From positions 1 to 60,047 of the IMG/VR virus record IMGVR_UViG_3300044823_000503: DNA of 60,047 bases; one strand, given 5' to 3'. Shown here one piece after another: positions 10,023 through 20,135 of the stretch. Under the pieces are notes generated by a model, which did not search any database, had not been told where the DNA came from, and saw only the letters and a program-made list of their open reading frames with translations. Each line of letters opens with the position of its first letter. Position 1 is the first letter of the stretch. This DNA comes from a virus. Taxonomy: Duplodnaviria; Caudoviricetes. The position numbers and the translations under genes are program-made.

Positions 10023-10364
10023 GTGGCGACGCTCTATGACATCGGCAAGGCGGCATCGCTGCGCCCGCCGTCCGGCCAGGGGTTTACGCTCAAGTGGAGC
10101 CAGCTGCTGGGCCAGGGGCCACCCTCTCAGAAGGCATACGCCGACCGCATCGGCATCGGAGTCTGGGTGGTGGTTGGGCTCACTCTCGGCGACCCGCCCC
10201 AGCCGGAGCAGGTGGCGGAGGAGATGATCTCCGCCGGCATCGCCACCGGCGTGTACGAGATGGAGATCTGGGAGCAGGATCAGACCATCCTGGGCACCGG
10301 TGCGATCAATTTCTGGTACATCACCATCTATGCTCCCGGGCCCAACGCAGGAGAGGCTTCCTGA
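10023..10364 (+). CDS. Hypothetical (probable virion) protein
   Basis: MATLYDIGKAASL...; leaderless start after the conserved promoter. Confidence 0.6.
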   Translation: MATLYDIGKAASLRPPSGQGFTLKWSQLLGQGPPSQKAYADRIGIGVWVVVGLTLGDPPQPEQVAEEMISAGIATGVYEMEIWEQDQTILGTGAINFWYITIYAPGPNAGEAS

Positions 10365-10849
10365 TGCCAGCATTGCCGATCGGCGCGATCATCCTCGCCA
10401 TCTTCGCCATCGCCATCCTCGATCCCGCCGTGCAGAAGCGGATCGAGTCGGTGCTCTCCGGCTTCGGCAGCGCCGCCGCCAGCGGCCCGATCTCGACGGC
10501 GACCAAGTGGTGGCTGCTCGCCGCCGGCGCCGTGGGGGCGCTCGGGGTGGGGTGGTGGGTGGTCCAGACCAAGATCGCCAAGCACGAGGGGTACGATGTG
10601 GCCCCGCCGCCGGTCGAATCCATCGGGGTGCCCGCGCCGCCCACCTTCGGGGCCTCGGGTGGCTTCACCGCCAGCAGCCAGGGCGGCATCGGCCTGAAGC
10701 AGGAGGTCACCGCCACGGGCGGCGGCACCACGGGCCGGGGCGGCTTCGGCCAGGTGACCAAGCGCGAGGCCAAGCCCAAGGCCGAGCCTCCAGTTGCGGC
10801 CCCGATCACGCCGTCCCGGCGCAGCGGTCTGGGCGGCCGGGCCGCCTGA
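10364..10849 (+). CDS. Two-TM membrane protein with basic tail
   Basis: Two hydrophobic helices, GGAG RBS. Confidence 0.7.
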   Translation: MPALPIGAIILAIFAIAILDPAVQKRIESVLSGFGSAAASGPISTATKWWLLAAGAVGALGVGWWVVQTKIAKHEGYDVAPPPVESIGVPAPPTFGASGGFTASSQGGIGLKQEVTATGGGTTGRGGFGQVTKREAKPKAEPPVAAPITPSRRSGLGGRAA

Positions 10850-11019
10850 GAGGATCGCGAGGATCGCATGGACCGCCGCCGCGATCTCGCCGTCTTGGGC
10901 ACCGGGGTGATGCTGGGGGTGATCGCTCTCGAGGCGCACTTCCTGATCCGCCAGGCGGCCCGGGTCTGGATCCCGACCCTGCTGGGCCGGCGGTTGGAAG
11001 CTGGCACCATCCGGCTGCC

Positions 11020-11053
11020 GATCTCCCGCAGCGCCGCCCCCCCGTGATGTAAT
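11020..11053 (+). promoter_or_regulatory. Viral promoter GATCTCCC-N20-TGTAAT
   Basis: ATG of 11061 follows 7 nt after the -10. Confidence 0.7.
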
Positions 11054-11060
11054 CGGGGCC

Positions 11061-11492
11061 ATGCGAAAGCTCGACTTCGTCCCACCGCTTCTGGGCGTGG
11101 GCACCGGCCTGGCCGACGGTGCCGTGGTGGAGTGGCTCACCCCCCACTTCGCGCAGGCCCCGGGCGTCTTCCGCCTGGCGGAGTTGCTGGTCGGCGCTCT
11201 GGGCCTTGGCCTGGAGTGGGATGACGACCTCAGCTACGGGCTCATCACGGTCGCGACCAACCGTCTCGCCGGTCAGGTGATCCCCGCCATCGCCCAGCGC
11301 AACGCGGGCACCCTGCTGGCCGCCGACATCACGCCGGCCCGTGGCCGCGGCGTGCGGGTGACCAAGCCCACGGGTGCCCGGGCCGCCGGCTGCACCAGCT
11401 GCGGCGATGTGGCCTCCCCGCCACCGGTTCCGGTGGTCGTGAACCGCCCCTACCCGGGCGGCGACATGATCTCGCAGCCAGGGCTGCTCTGA
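11061..11492 (+). CDS. Putative virion membrane protein, ends ISQPGLL
   Basis: Gly-rich hydrophobic segments; paralogue of 11676-12164. Confidence 0.7.
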   Translation: MRKLDFVPPLLGVGTGLADGAVVEWLTPHFAQAPGVFRLAELLVGALGLGLEWDDDLSYGLITVATNRLAGQVIPAIAQRNAGTLLAADITPARGRGVRVTKPTGARAAGCTSCGDVASPPPVPVVVNRPYPGGDMISQPGLL

Positions 11493-11554
11493 GCTGTCCC
11501 CCCTCAAGGGGCCGGGTAAGTTCTCCACCCGGCCCCGAACGGGAACTCCGGGGC

Positions 11555-11588
11555 GATCTCCCGCAAACCGAAACGGCCTGGGTACCAT
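11555..11588 (+). promoter_or_regulatory. Viral promoter GATCTCCC-N20-TACCAT upstream of the capsid operon
   Basis: Exact motif and spacing. Confidence 0.7.
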
Positions 11589-11595
11589 CGGGTGG

Positions 11596-11648
11596 TCACG
11601 CTTTGGGAGAGCGCATCCGGTCTCGGCCAAACCCGTCCCAAAGCGTGA
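11596..11648 (+). repeat. Perfect 13-bp inverted repeat (5' UTR hairpin)
   Basis: TCACGCTTTGGGA (11596-11608) and TCCCAAAGCGTGA (11636-11648). Confidence 0.85.
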
Positions 11649-11675
11649 GGCCTCCGGGGAAGCGGCTCCCAGAGC

Positions 11676-12164
11676 ATGGCGACATATCAGCCATCGCCAA
11701 CTGGAGGTCGTGGGGCCGTGTACCGCTTCCCATTCGCCGTCCTCGGCACCGAGGCCGTGCTCGGCGTCGGCAAGGGCGTCTCCACATCCTGGGACATCGA
11801 TCGCTGGCAGCGCAATCCTGCCAACACCACGGGCACGCCGACGCCGCCACTCTCGTTCATCGAGAACTCGGGGCTGGATGTCGGCATCGGCGCGCTGCTC
11901 TTCGGTCTGGTCGGCCAGATCGCCGAGTGGCCGCACTCCGACGTCTCGGAGTCGCTCATGGGTGGAGGCGCCCTGATCCTCTCTGAGGTCATCACAACGG
12001 CCGTCGCCCAGCGCGGCAACAAGGGATACATCACCCCGTCGACCGGCACCGGGGCTCGCCTCGCGGGTCGCGCCGGCCACGGCCACGGTGAGCGGGCGGC
12101 GGGCCTCGCGGCTCCGGCCGCGCGCAGCGCGTTCCTCCAGGTCAGCCAGCCCGGCCTCCTCTGA
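11676..12164 (+). CDS. Putative virion membrane protein, ends VSQPGLL
   Basis: VLGVGKGV and EWPHSDVSESL align with LLGVGTGL and EWDDDLSYGL of 11061. Confidence 0.7.
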   Translation: MATYQPSPTGGRGAVYRFPFAVLGTEAVLGVGKGVSTSWDIDRWQRNPANTTGTPTPPLSFIENSGLDVGIGALLFGLVGQIAEWPHSDVSESLMGGGALILSEVITTAVAQRGNKGYITPSTGTGARLAGRAGHGHGERAAGLAAPAARSAFLQVSQPGLL

Positions 12165-12255
12165 GCAGGGTTCTGCACAACGTCACCCATCCGACACCGC
12201 CACGCCCGGTGATCTCAGAGGCACTCACCGGCAACGGGGCTGAGGACATCTGACC

Positions 12256-12849
12256 ATGACCCTGATCGCGATCACGCCAGAGGCGAGTCTCAACCCGGGC
12301 CAGCTGAAGCTGCTCCGGGACACGGCCTGTTCTGTGGCCCAGAGCTCGGCGCGGGGTGCGTCCAACGCGGACCTGACCACGCGCCCGATCACCCCGACCG
12401 ACTGGTACGGGACCCAGTCGGCCGTCTTCGGCAACGGGGTGGCGGTCATCGCCAACACCCCCACCGTGGACACCGCGGTGGCCCGTGTCCCGCAGGCGAC
12501 CTCCTGGGTCGTCTTCGGGTACGGCGTGCTGTACCCGTCCGCGAGCAACCTGCCCTCCATCCAGGAGATCTGGATCGGCACCGGCTCCCAGGTCTTCGCC
12601 AAGATCCGGCTGGACCCGCTGCACGCCGAAGGGGCGTTCACGACCAGCCGTGGCCGGATGGGGTACTTCGACCCCATCTACTTCATCGCGAACTCGAAGC
12701 CGACGATCACCTACGTGACCAGCAACAGCCTCTTGGCGGCCAACGCCGAGACCTACGCCCTGGTCGGGATCATCGCCGAGCCTCCGATCACGGTGGTCAA
12801 CCAGCCGGCGGTGGCGCCGGGCCAGCCCGCCAGCCAGGCGGCCGGCTGA
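12256..12849 (+). CDS. Putative single-jelly-roll major capsid protein
   Basis: 197 aa, N-terminal helix then beta-rich, strong codon bias, GAGGA RBS, flanked by membrane and spike genes; paralogue at 44800-45492. The fold is inferred. Confidence 0.5.
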   Translation: MTLIAITPEASLNPGQLKLLRDTACSVAQSSARGASNADLTTRPITPTDWYGTQSAVFGNGVAVIANTPTVDTAVARVPQATSWVVFGYGVLYPSASNLPSIQEIWIGTGSQVFAKIRLDPLHAEGAFTTSRGRMGYFDPIYFIANSKPTITYVTSNSLLAANAETYALVGIIAEPPITVVNQPAVAPGQPASQAAG

Positions 12850-12941
12850 GCCTCCTTTCGCACTGAAGCCGACCAGCCAGCCCCCCGCCGCGGGGGTGCT
12901 GGCGTCGGCCGTTCACAACCAGGATTCACGAGGTAGCGTCG

Positions 12942-13754
12942 ATGCGATCGACTGGACGCGAGCGATTTTTCCGTGGCGGATGGAACACCCTCGAGCCGGG
13001 TGACCTCTGCATCCTGGTGGACGGCACCGCATGGAGCGGCCTCCCCGTCTATGACGTGGTCCAGGCCCGGGGCCTCAACTCGCTGGGCGAGTCCCCGGGC
13101 GGTGTCACCGTGATCTGGGCGGTGAGCTCGCCGTACCCCCCCTACAAGCTCGACCCCAAGGCCAACGTCGGTCAGCTCGGCGCGGGCGGGCAGACCCCGC
13201 TCATCGCTCCCGACGCCTTCCAGCTCCAGACCAATGAGCTGGTGCAGGCCCGCTTCAAGATCAAGCTCATCGACACGATGGCGGGCAGCGGCGCCAAGGT
13301 CGGCAACTTCGACCTGAACGGCTATCTGCCGGGCGCCAGCCTGTACTGGGGCACGACCCAGACCACCGCGCCGCTCAACGCGCGGATGCAGATGCCCGAT
13401 CCCGCCGACGCCATCTCGCTGCCGGTGCAGGACGCCAACATGGCGCTGCCCTCGGGGTACGCCCACGACGACGGCTTCCTGTTCGCCGAGACCACCGAGA
13501 TGTTCTGGCAGTACAACATCATCCCCCAGTTCCGCCTGACCTGGAACGGGGCCGCCGCGACCCCGGCCGGGATCGCGGTGGCGCTCGAGGTGCAGGGGTA
13601 CGACTACATCCTGCGCCCGCGTGGGGGCAGCACCCAGGGCCGCAACGCCGTGATCGGCGGGGTGGCCGTGAGCGTGCCCGATGGCGTCTCCCAGGACGAC
13701 ATCATCCCCATCCCCGTCCAGGCGCTGGCTGGCTCCGCCGCCCGCGGGCAGTAA
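12942..13754 (+). CDS. Putative second capsid/structural protein
   Basis: 270 aa, beta-rich, strong codon bias, directly after the candidate MCP. Confidence 0.45.
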   Translation: MRSTGRERFFRGGWNTLEPGDLCILVDGTAWSGLPVYDVVQARGLNSLGESPGGVTVIWAVSSPYPPYKLDPKANVGQLGAGGQTPLIAPDAFQLQTNELVQARFKIKLIDTMAGSGAKVGNFDLNGYLPGASLYWGTTQTTAPLNARMQMPDPADAISLPVQDANMALPSGYAHDDGFLFAETTEMFWQYNIIPQFRLTWNGAAATPAGIAVALEVQGYDYILRPRGGSTQGRNAVIGGVAVSVPDGVSQDDIIPIPVQALAGSAARGQ

Positions 13755-13761
13755 CCGGCCG

Positions 13762-14250
13762 ATGAGCATCTCGCCCCCCCCGCGGGCACGTCCACCGTTC
13801 CCCGCCGCCGCCGCCCGGGCGCTGGAGGCGGCCGGAGTGCCAGCCGCCCCCACCGGCGGTCCTGCGGCGGTGGAGGTGCGCCTTCCCGCCGACCTCATGG
13901 CCCTGCTGCGCCACTACTTCGCCATCGCCGCCGACGGGGAGACCCGCGCCGCCACCCTCAACGACGGCCTGCCGCGTCAGATCGCGTTTCTCAATCGGAA
14001 GAGGGTGGCCCTCGGGATCTTTCCGGTCACCAGCGGGGCTTCGGTCTTCTGGGGTTTCTCCGACGCCGTGACAGCGGCACCGACCGGTCGGATGCCGGGC
14101 ATCCCCATCCCCGTCTCCGGCGGCTACATCTACGGGTCCGCCTACATCGGCCCGGTGTGGCTGGTCGCCGCCGCCGGTTCCGCCTTCCCGCTGGATGTTC
14201 GCGTCGTGGAGCACTCCGAGGTCGAGTACGATCCGCTGACAGGGCGGTAA
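13762..14250 (+). CDS. Putative vertex/penton-like beta-sandwich protein
   Basis: LNRKRVALGIF...YIGPVWLV resembles the C-terminal domain of 15797 (NGNRRGLLIF...WTGIIFL). Confidence 0.45.
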   Translation: MSISPPPRARPPFPAAAARALEAAGVPAAPTGGPAAVEVRLPADLMALLRHYFAIAADGETRAATLNDGLPRQIAFLNRKRVALGIFPVTSGASVFWGFSDAVTAAPTGRMPGIPIPVSGGYIYGSAYIGPVWLVAAAGSAFPLDVRVVEHSEVEYDPLTGR

Positions 14251-14257
14251 CCGAACC

Positions 14258-14884
14258 ATGGGAGGCGCACTTCAGGTCGTCCCCAGCCCCAATCTGGGGT
14301 TGCCCGCCGACCTGGGTGGTGCCACCGCCCCCACCCGTTACGTGGGTGGCACGGTCTCCGGTGCCCCCACCTCGGGAACCTTCCAGGCACGTGACTTTGT
14401 GGTCGACGGGTCGGGTGCGATCTGGGTTTGCACCACGGCCGGGTCGCCGGGGTTGTGGAACAACGCCGGCGACGCTGCCAACCTGGTGACATCGGTCTTC
14501 ACCCGGACCGGGCCCGTGGTTGCCACGGCTGCCGACTACGCCGCCTTCTACCCGGCTCTGGGCGCTACGGCGAGCGAGGTGGAACTCACCGCGGTCACCC
14601 CCACGAACGTCGTCACCCTCACCCCCGCCGGCGCCGGGAACTTCCGCGTCGGCATCTATTTCCGCGTGGTGACCGCGACCACCACGGTGACGCTCACGGT
14701 CAGCTGGACCGACGTCACCGGAGCCCAGACGCTCACCCTCCTGAACGGGGTATCCGAGGTGACCGGGTCGTATGCGCTCGCCGAGTTCATGGTCAACTCG
14801 GTCGCGGCCAACGCGATCACCGTCACCTTCACGGCGGGCACCGTCAACCGGGTGTACGCCTCCGCCTCGATCCAGCAGGGCTAG
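14258..14884 (+). CDS. Beta-rich structural (spike) protein
   Basis: GAPTSGTF...GSPGLW and VTSVFTRTGPV fibre-type motifs. Confidence 0.65.
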   Translation: MGGALQVVPSPNLGLPADLGGATAPTRYVGGTVSGAPTSGTFQARDFVVDGSGAIWVCTTAGSPGLWNNAGDAANLVTSVFTRTGPVVATAADYAAFYPALGATASEVELTAVTPTNVVTLTPAGAGNFRVGIYFRVVTATTTVTLTVSWTDVTGAQTLTLLNGVSEVTGSYALAEFMVNSVAANAITVTFTAGTVNRVYASASIQQG

Positions 14885-14887
14885 CCG

Positions 14888-15304
14888 ATGGCTGCTGCCA
14901 CCCTTCTGGACGTCGCCACCCCGGCCCCGGCCTTGGCCGCTGCGGCGGGGAGCACCGGCACGGCGCCGCCGACCATCCTGGTCGCGGGCGCGGCGGTGAC
15001 CATGACCACTGCGGGCACCGGGTACAACCTCAACTCCATCTCCCTGGGCGCTGGGCTATGGGCGGTGGTCGGCATCGGGGGGGTCACCTCGGCGGGCACG
15101 ATCACCGCGTACTTGAACGCAGCGACCGGGACAGCCGCCAACTCCTGGCCCACGGTGACGACGGGGACAGGCGTAGAGCCTGCGACCGTGACGATCGCCG
15201 CCGTGATCCGCCTCACCACGACCACCACGGTGTACCTGAATGCCACTTCTGGAGCCGCTGCGGAGACCGGGTACGGCATCCTCCGAGCGGTGCAGATCGG
15301 TTAG
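14888..15304 (+). CDS. Beta-rich structural protein
   Basis: Thr/Ala/Gly-rich, lies in the structural operon. Confidence 0.6.
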   Translation: MAAATLLDVATPAPALAAAAGSTGTAPPTILVAGAAVTMTTAGTGYNLNSISLGAGLWAVVGIGGVTSAGTITAYLNAATGTAANSWPTVTTGTGVEPATVTIAAVIRLTTTTTVYLNATSGAAAETGYGILRAVQIG

Positions 15305-15357
15305 CTGAGAGGACGTACCTGTGTCGATCTCTCCTTCCGCTTCCGGCCTGGTGGACG

Positions 15358-15795
15358 GTGAGCGCTGATCCCACCACCTCACTCGCGGTTGCGGACAGCC
15401 TGCTCGCCCAGGCGGCGGCGGCGTCCGACGAGGGCGACTGCATGGAGCTGCTCGCGGCCGCGAGCCAGGCGCTGGCCGACGCCGGCGCCGACCTCGAGGC
15501 GGCGGGCGACATCTCCCAGGCCGATCAGGCCCGGTCGCTCGCCAGTGAGCTCTCCCGCCTGGTGGCCGCTTCCACCCTCCCCGGCTGCCTGACCCTCCGT
15601 CAATTCCAGAGCCAGGTGGTCGCCGCCATCGCGACCGACGCCGCCCGCATCTCGCCATCGGCGGCGCAACTGGGCGTGCCCGGTGGTCCCGGATCCGGGC
15701 TGGCGGCCGCGCTCGGCCTGGGCGGCGGCGCGCTCGCCATCCTGCTGATCGGGGTCGCGTCCCGGCGGCAGCGGCAGGACCGCTCGAGGGGCTGA
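15358..15795 (+). CDS. Helical protein with C-terminal TM anchor; paralogue of 41366-41905
   Basis: STLPGCLTLRQFQSQ vs GTVPGGMSLADFQSQ. Confidence 0.65.
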   Translation: MSADPTTSLAVADSLLAQAAAASDEGDCMELLAAASQALADAGADLEAAGDISQADQARSLASELSRLVAASTLPGCLTLRQFQSQVVAAIATDAARISPSAAQLGVPGGPGSGLAAALGLGGGALAILLIGVASRRQRQDRSRG

Positions 15796-15796
15796 G

Positions 15797-16867
15797 GTGT
15801 CGCTGGCCGGCCCCATCATCGCGCTCACCTCAGGCGGCACGGCCCCGATCCCCGCCCCCAAGGTCTCGACGCCCCCCTGCACCGCGCTGCTCCAGAATGT
15901 CTCGCCCTTCGCCCTCCAGGCGCAGGTGCAGGGCGGCACCATCTGGGTCGCCCCCTACGTCCAGCAGTCCGTCCCCTGGTCCAACGCGGTGGGGATCACG
16001 GTCACCGCTGAACCCATCATCACGAGCCCGGTTGGAGCTCCCGCGACCCTCCTGGTCACCTTCTACGACCAGGGCGAGGCCGTCCCCGCCAACGGGCCCA
16101 TCACCGGCTACACCTCGATCAGCGGCGCGACCATCAACGCGAGCATCGCCGGGCCCCTCACCGTGAGCTTCGCCCCCGGCACGACCGTCTCCATCGGCGG
16201 CTCGGTGGCGACCACCATCGACACCTCAGGCGGCCCCGTGCTGATGACGGGGACCGTCGCCATCAGCAGCGGGACGGTCAACGTCGGCACCATCGCCGGG
16301 GCCGTCTCCATCGCCGCCAATCAGGTGGTGGCGGTGCAGAACACCTCGGGCGGGACGGTCCAGGTCGGGGGCACGGTGGCGATCAGCTCCGGCACGGTGA
16401 ATGTGGGCACCATCTCGGGCTCGGTCACCATCGCGAGCGGCAGCGTGAGCGTCTCCGGCACCGTGGCCATCTCCTCGGGGACCATCAACATCGGCACCAT
16501 CTCGGGAGCGGTGTCGCTGACCAGCGGCACCACCATCATCACCGAGACCGGCTCGCTCACCGACATCACTCCATCCGGCAGCTATTCGGTTTCGTACGGC
16601 ACCTCGGGCGGGACGGGCAACTGGTACCAGGTTCTTGCCGCCAACGGCAACCGTAGAGGGCTGCTCATCTTCGCCAACTGGAGCAACGCGGTACAGGTGG
16701 GGGTGGGCCTGGGGACGACCGGCTATTTCAGCATCGTCTTGAACCCCGGCGACTACTGGGAGATGCCCGCCCCCATCTGGACTGGCATCATCTTTCTCTT
16801 CTGGTACGGCGGAACCCTCTCTGGCGGCTTCGTCAACAGCTACTACATTCTCACCGAGATAACCTGA
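15797..16867 (+). CDS. Spike/fibre protein with GTVAISSGTVNVGTI repeats
   Basis: Three near-identical beta repeats and an aromatic C-terminal head domain. Confidence 0.75.
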   Translation: MSLAGPIIALTSGGTAPIPAPKVSTPPCTALLQNVSPFALQAQVQGGTIWVAPYVQQSVPWSNAVGITVTAEPIITSPVGAPATLLVTFYDQGEAVPANGPITGYTSISGATINASIAGPLTVSFAPGTTVSIGGSVATTIDTSGGPVLMTGTVAISSGTVNVGTIAGAVSIAANQVVAVQNTSGGTVQVGGTVAISSGTVNVGTISGSVTIASGSVSVSGTVAISSGTINIGTISGAVSLTSGTTIITETGSLTDITPSGSYSVSYGTSGGTGNWYQVLAANGNRRGLLIFANWSNAVQVGVGLGTTGYFSIVLNPGDYWEMPAPIWTGIIFLFWYGGTLSGGFVNSYYILTEIT

Positions 16868-17155
16868 ATGTCGATGACACCGTTCGGCCCAGGGCACACC
16901 TGGATGTTGGCATCGCAGGAGGCACTGCCACGCGGTGGCGCGCGTCTGGTCGCGGCATGGTCGAGTTGCGCTCGCTGCGCTGGGGGGTGGGCACCGTCAG
17001 AGCCAGCCCATTGCGCCGCAACGGCGGAGTGGCTGACGGAGCATCCAGGCGACGACGGGGCCTGTCACTGCCGCCAGCACAGCGGCGTGGACGCGGCGAG
17101 GGTCACCGTCATCGGTACCTTCGCGCCTCCGTCCGCGCAGGGAGGTGGGAGATGA
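16868..17155 (+). CDS. Cys/His-rich fibre-associated protein
   Basis: CxxC...AHCxxTAEWLxxHPGDDGACHCxxH, shared with 18768-19283. Confidence 0.65.
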   Translation: MSMTPFGPGHTWMLASQEALPRGGARLVAAWSSCARCAGGWAPSEPAHCAATAEWLTEHPGDDGACHCRQHSGVDAARVTVIGTFAPPSAQGGGR

Positions 17156-18771
17156 CCCAGGTCATGGTCTCCGTCACCCCGGGAATGAACTGGCTGGGCC
17201 CGTGGTCCGCCACCACCGCGTACGCGCCGACCAACGTCGTGAGCTTCGCCGGCAGTTCCTATCTCTGCATCGCCGCCAACACCAACCAGCAACCCCCCAA
17301 CGCGACATATTGGAACCTCGTGGCGGCGTCGGGTGCAGGGGGAACGCCGGCGACCTCAGTCACTGGCCCGGACGCCTTCGGCGCTTCCCCCGTCGTGGGC
17401 GTGGGGACCGCCTTCGCCCGCCAGGATCACGATCACGGCCTGCCGTCTGCACCCGCCGACCTCCCCCTCGCCGGCGGCACCATGAGCGGGGCCATTGCCA
17501 TGGGGGCGCACAAGATCACCGGGATGGCCAACGGGGCGGCGGCGCAGGACGCGGCCACCTTCGGCCAGCTGCCGAGCGTCCCCGGCCCAGCCGCCTCCGT
17601 GACCGGCCCGGACGCCTTCGGGGCCTCCACGGTGGTCGGGATCTCTGCAGCCTACGCCCGCCAGGATCACGACCATGGCCTGCCCGCCTCGCCATTCAAC
17701 TGGCTGGGGGCCTGGTACAGCGGCACTGCGTACGTGGCGGGCGACGCCGTCGGCAGCGGTGGCTCCTCGTACATCTGCATCCTCGGCAACACCAACGAGG
17801 TGCCTCCGAACGCCACCTATTGGAACCTCCTGGCCCAGGAGGGGACCGCGGGAGTGCCGGCGACCTCGGTCACTGGCCCGGACGCCTTCGGCGCCTCAGC
17901 GGTCGTGGGCGTGGGGACCGACTTCGCCCGCCAGGATCACGGCCACGGGCTGCCCGCAGCGCCCGCGGACATTCCACTCTCCACCGTCACCGCTGCGGGC
18001 GATCTGATCCAGGGGACAGGTTCGGGGGCGGTGGCCCGGCTTGCGCTGGGCACCCTCCACTACATGCTCGCCGCCGGGGCTACCGCTGTGGGCTGGGTGG
18101 CCTCGGCGGTCTCGACCCTCACGACGGCTGGCGACCTCCTCTATGCGAGCGCGGCGAACACCCTGGCGCGGCTGGGAATCGGCGTGACGGGGCAGGTGCT
18201 GACCGTGGTATCGGGAGCCCCAGCCTGGTCCGGCGGCACAGTGAACGGCGGCCCTCCGAGCGGCTCCGGCGCCTATGCGGGCGAGCAGATTCAGGACACC
18301 AAGTACGGCGTGGTCTGGTGGTGGGACGGGAGTGCCTGGCACGCCAACGGACCAGGGCTTATCAAGGCCGAGATGTACCGCAATGCTGCCTGGACGCCAG
18401 CGAACAGCGGCATCGCCATTCCTTATGACACCCCGTTCAGCGACCCCCTGAGCCTTATTACGATCGCCAGTCACTACTTCAAGTGCCCCATCGCTGGGGA
18501 TTATCGAGTGGCTGCCGATGTCTCCCAGTCAACCGCAGGCGCAGCCACGTACATTCAGTTGTTGTGTAGCGGTTCTTCAGTGTCAGGCAGCAGGGTTTTT
18601 GCAGGGAGCACAAGCGGGGTGGTGGGTGACTACGGCGGGACAGCGGGGACGGTGCGAGTCTCGTGCGCCGCTGGTGATGAGTTGACGATCCTCTTCTACT
18701 GGAGCAACGCCTACGCCATGCAGGTGGGTGCTGAATGGGCCTGGGCACAATTCGAGTTCGTGTCCTCATGA
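17152..18771 (+). CDS. Receptor-binding fibre: 2 CBM5/12-like repeats, 3 SVTGPDAFGAS...ARQDHxHGLP repeats, C1q-like tip
   Basis: NWLGxW...Y...GSSYxC...PPNATYWNL twice; FKCPIAGDYRV; lower GC in the tip domain. Confidence 0.75.
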   Translation: MTQVMVSVTPGMNWLGPWSATTAYAPTNVVSFAGSSYLCIAANTNQQPPNATYWNLVAASGAGGTPATSVTGPDAFGASPVVGVGTAFARQDHDHGLPSAPADLPLAGGTMSGAIAMGAHKITGMANGAAAQDAATFGQLPSVPGPAASVTGPDAFGASTVVGISAAYARQDHDHGLPASPFNWLGAWYSGTAYVAGDAVGSGGSSYICILGNTNEVPPNATYWNLLAQEGTAGVPATSVTGPDAFGASAVVGVGTDFARQDHGHGLPAAPADIPLSTVTAAGDLIQGTGSGAVARLALGTLHYMLAAGATAVGWVASAVSTLTTAGDLLYASAANTLARLGIGVTGQVLTVVSGAPAWSGGTVNGGPPSGSGAYAGEQIQDTKYGVVWWWDGSAWHANGPGLIKAEMYRNAAWTPANSGIAIPYDTPFSDPLSLITIASHYFKCPIAGDYRVAADVSQSTAGAATYIQLLCSGSSVSGSRVFAGSTSGVVGDYGGTAGTVRVSCAAGDELTILFYWSNAYAMQVGAEWAWAQFEFVSS

Positions 18772-19283
18772 GCGCGATATACGGCATCCCCGGCCATGTC
18801 TGGGAGTTGGACGCAGCCAAGCTCACGGCGGCGATGGTGCGGTCCACGCCACCAGCCGCATCCGATGGCGTGCGGCGCCCGACGGTTCCTTCCGGCGCCG
18901 CCTACATCGACATGGAGGCTGCCGATCCGTGGTTGGGATGCAGGCGGTGCGGCGCCCCGTATCCGGGCAGGGCCGGGGTGATGCCGGCGCACTGCCCGCC
19001 GACCGCTGAATGGTTAGCCCGGCATCCCGGCGACGATGGCGCCTGCCACTGTGCAGAGCATGATCCACCGGCGCCGCCGCCCAGCATGTCTGAGGCGACG
19101 TCGATCCACACCGCGGGCTGGCTCGCCGAACTCGGTGACCTCTACCAACTGCAGGATCACGACGCCCCCACAGTGGTGCAAGAGGCGGTAGCGGGCCGCA
19201 TCGCAGAGATCGTGGCGCTGCTCGCGTCCAGCCCGGGCCAGGGCAACTTGCCGGCGCCATCCGCTGATGCCCCTCTGGGATAG
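18768..19283 (+). CDS. Cys/His-rich fibre-associated protein (paralogue of 16868)
   Basis: Same HPGDDGACHC motif; ATGA-coupled to the fibre gene. Confidence 0.65.
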   Translation: MSAIYGIPGHVWELDAAKLTAAMVRSTPPAASDGVRRPTVPSGAAYIDMEAADPWLGCRRCGAPYPGRAGVMPAHCPPTAEWLARHPGDDGACHCAEHDPPAPPPSMSEATSIHTAGWLAELGDLYQLQDHDAPTVVQEAVAGRIAEIVALLASSPGQGNLPAPSADAPLG

Positions 19284-19288
19284 CCCCG

Positions 19289-19837
19289 ATGTCGCCGCTC
19301 TGGCACGCGAACAGGCCCAACGTCAGAGGCAACGCGGGACCGCCGGCTGGGGCCACCACGGGATATCTGGTGCCAGTCGGGGATACGGGATTCATGGTGT
19401 GGGCGGCGGCGGTGGGGTTTCTCATCCCTGCGGGTCTGAGCGGACCCACCATGACCATCTCCGGCGTCGGGTTGTATTTGCGCGGGGCGGTCGGAGCGAC
19501 CGCATCTGGCTGCCTGTGGTCCAACACCCATACCCTCATGGCCTCCGGTCCCGCCGTCGCCCTTCCCGCCTCCATCGGCTGGGTGTGGTTGCCCGTCGCG
19601 TGGAGGGGAGCGCAGAGTCTCGCTCCGGCGTACACGGGGTGCTGGATCGTCGGCTCCTTCTCCATCCAGAACTACGGCGTCCCGGGGCCAGCCTATATCG
19701 AGGCCACCGCGAGCGCCACACCAGGCAACCTTCCCGGTACCTTCCCCGCTGCCGTCGACAACTTCCCCGACTACTACATCTGGAAGTACCCGATTCAGAT
19801 GCGCCAGCGCGCCCTCGGCAAGGCGACCCACCCGTGA
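19289..19837 (+). CDS. Beta-rich structural protein
   Basis: Composition and operon position. Confidence 0.55.
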   Translation: MSPLWHANRPNVRGNAGPPAGATTGYLVPVGDTGFMVWAAAVGFLIPAGLSGPTMTISGVGLYLRGAVGATASGCLWSNTHTLMASGPAVALPASIGWVWLPVAWRGAQSLAPAYTGCWIVGSFSIQNYGVPGPAYIEATASATPGNLPGTFPAAVDNFPDYYIWKYPIQMRQRALGKATHP

Positions 19838-19844
19838 AGGGCGT

Positions 19845-20135
19845 ATGATCCGCTCCGTGCCAAAGACGCGCGGAGCGCCCCCAGGGCCATCGGCGGGCAG
19901 TCACCCAGTCCCCGCCCCTGCCGCGTCGGCAGCGCCGGGCGTCACCATCCCGCCCCGCCTCGCCCAGCAGATCGGGCGTGAGCATCTCCAGCACCTCAAT
20001 GAGCGGGGTGACCTCGAGGCGCAGATTGAGCAGCTCCAGATGAGGCTGATGATCTCGGAGCGTCGGTGTGCCGACCTGGAGGCGCAACTCGCGCCGCCCG
20101 AGAGCACTGAGTCGCCGCCGGAGGAGCCCAGATGA
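19845..20135 (+). CDS. Short coiled-coil protein
   Basis: Heptad pattern, coupled to the next gene. Confidence 0.55.
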   Translation: MIRSVPKTRGAPPGPSAGSHPVPAPAASAAPGVTIPPRLAQQIGREHLQHLNERGDLEAQIEQLQMRLMISERRCADLEAQLAPPESTESPPEEPR

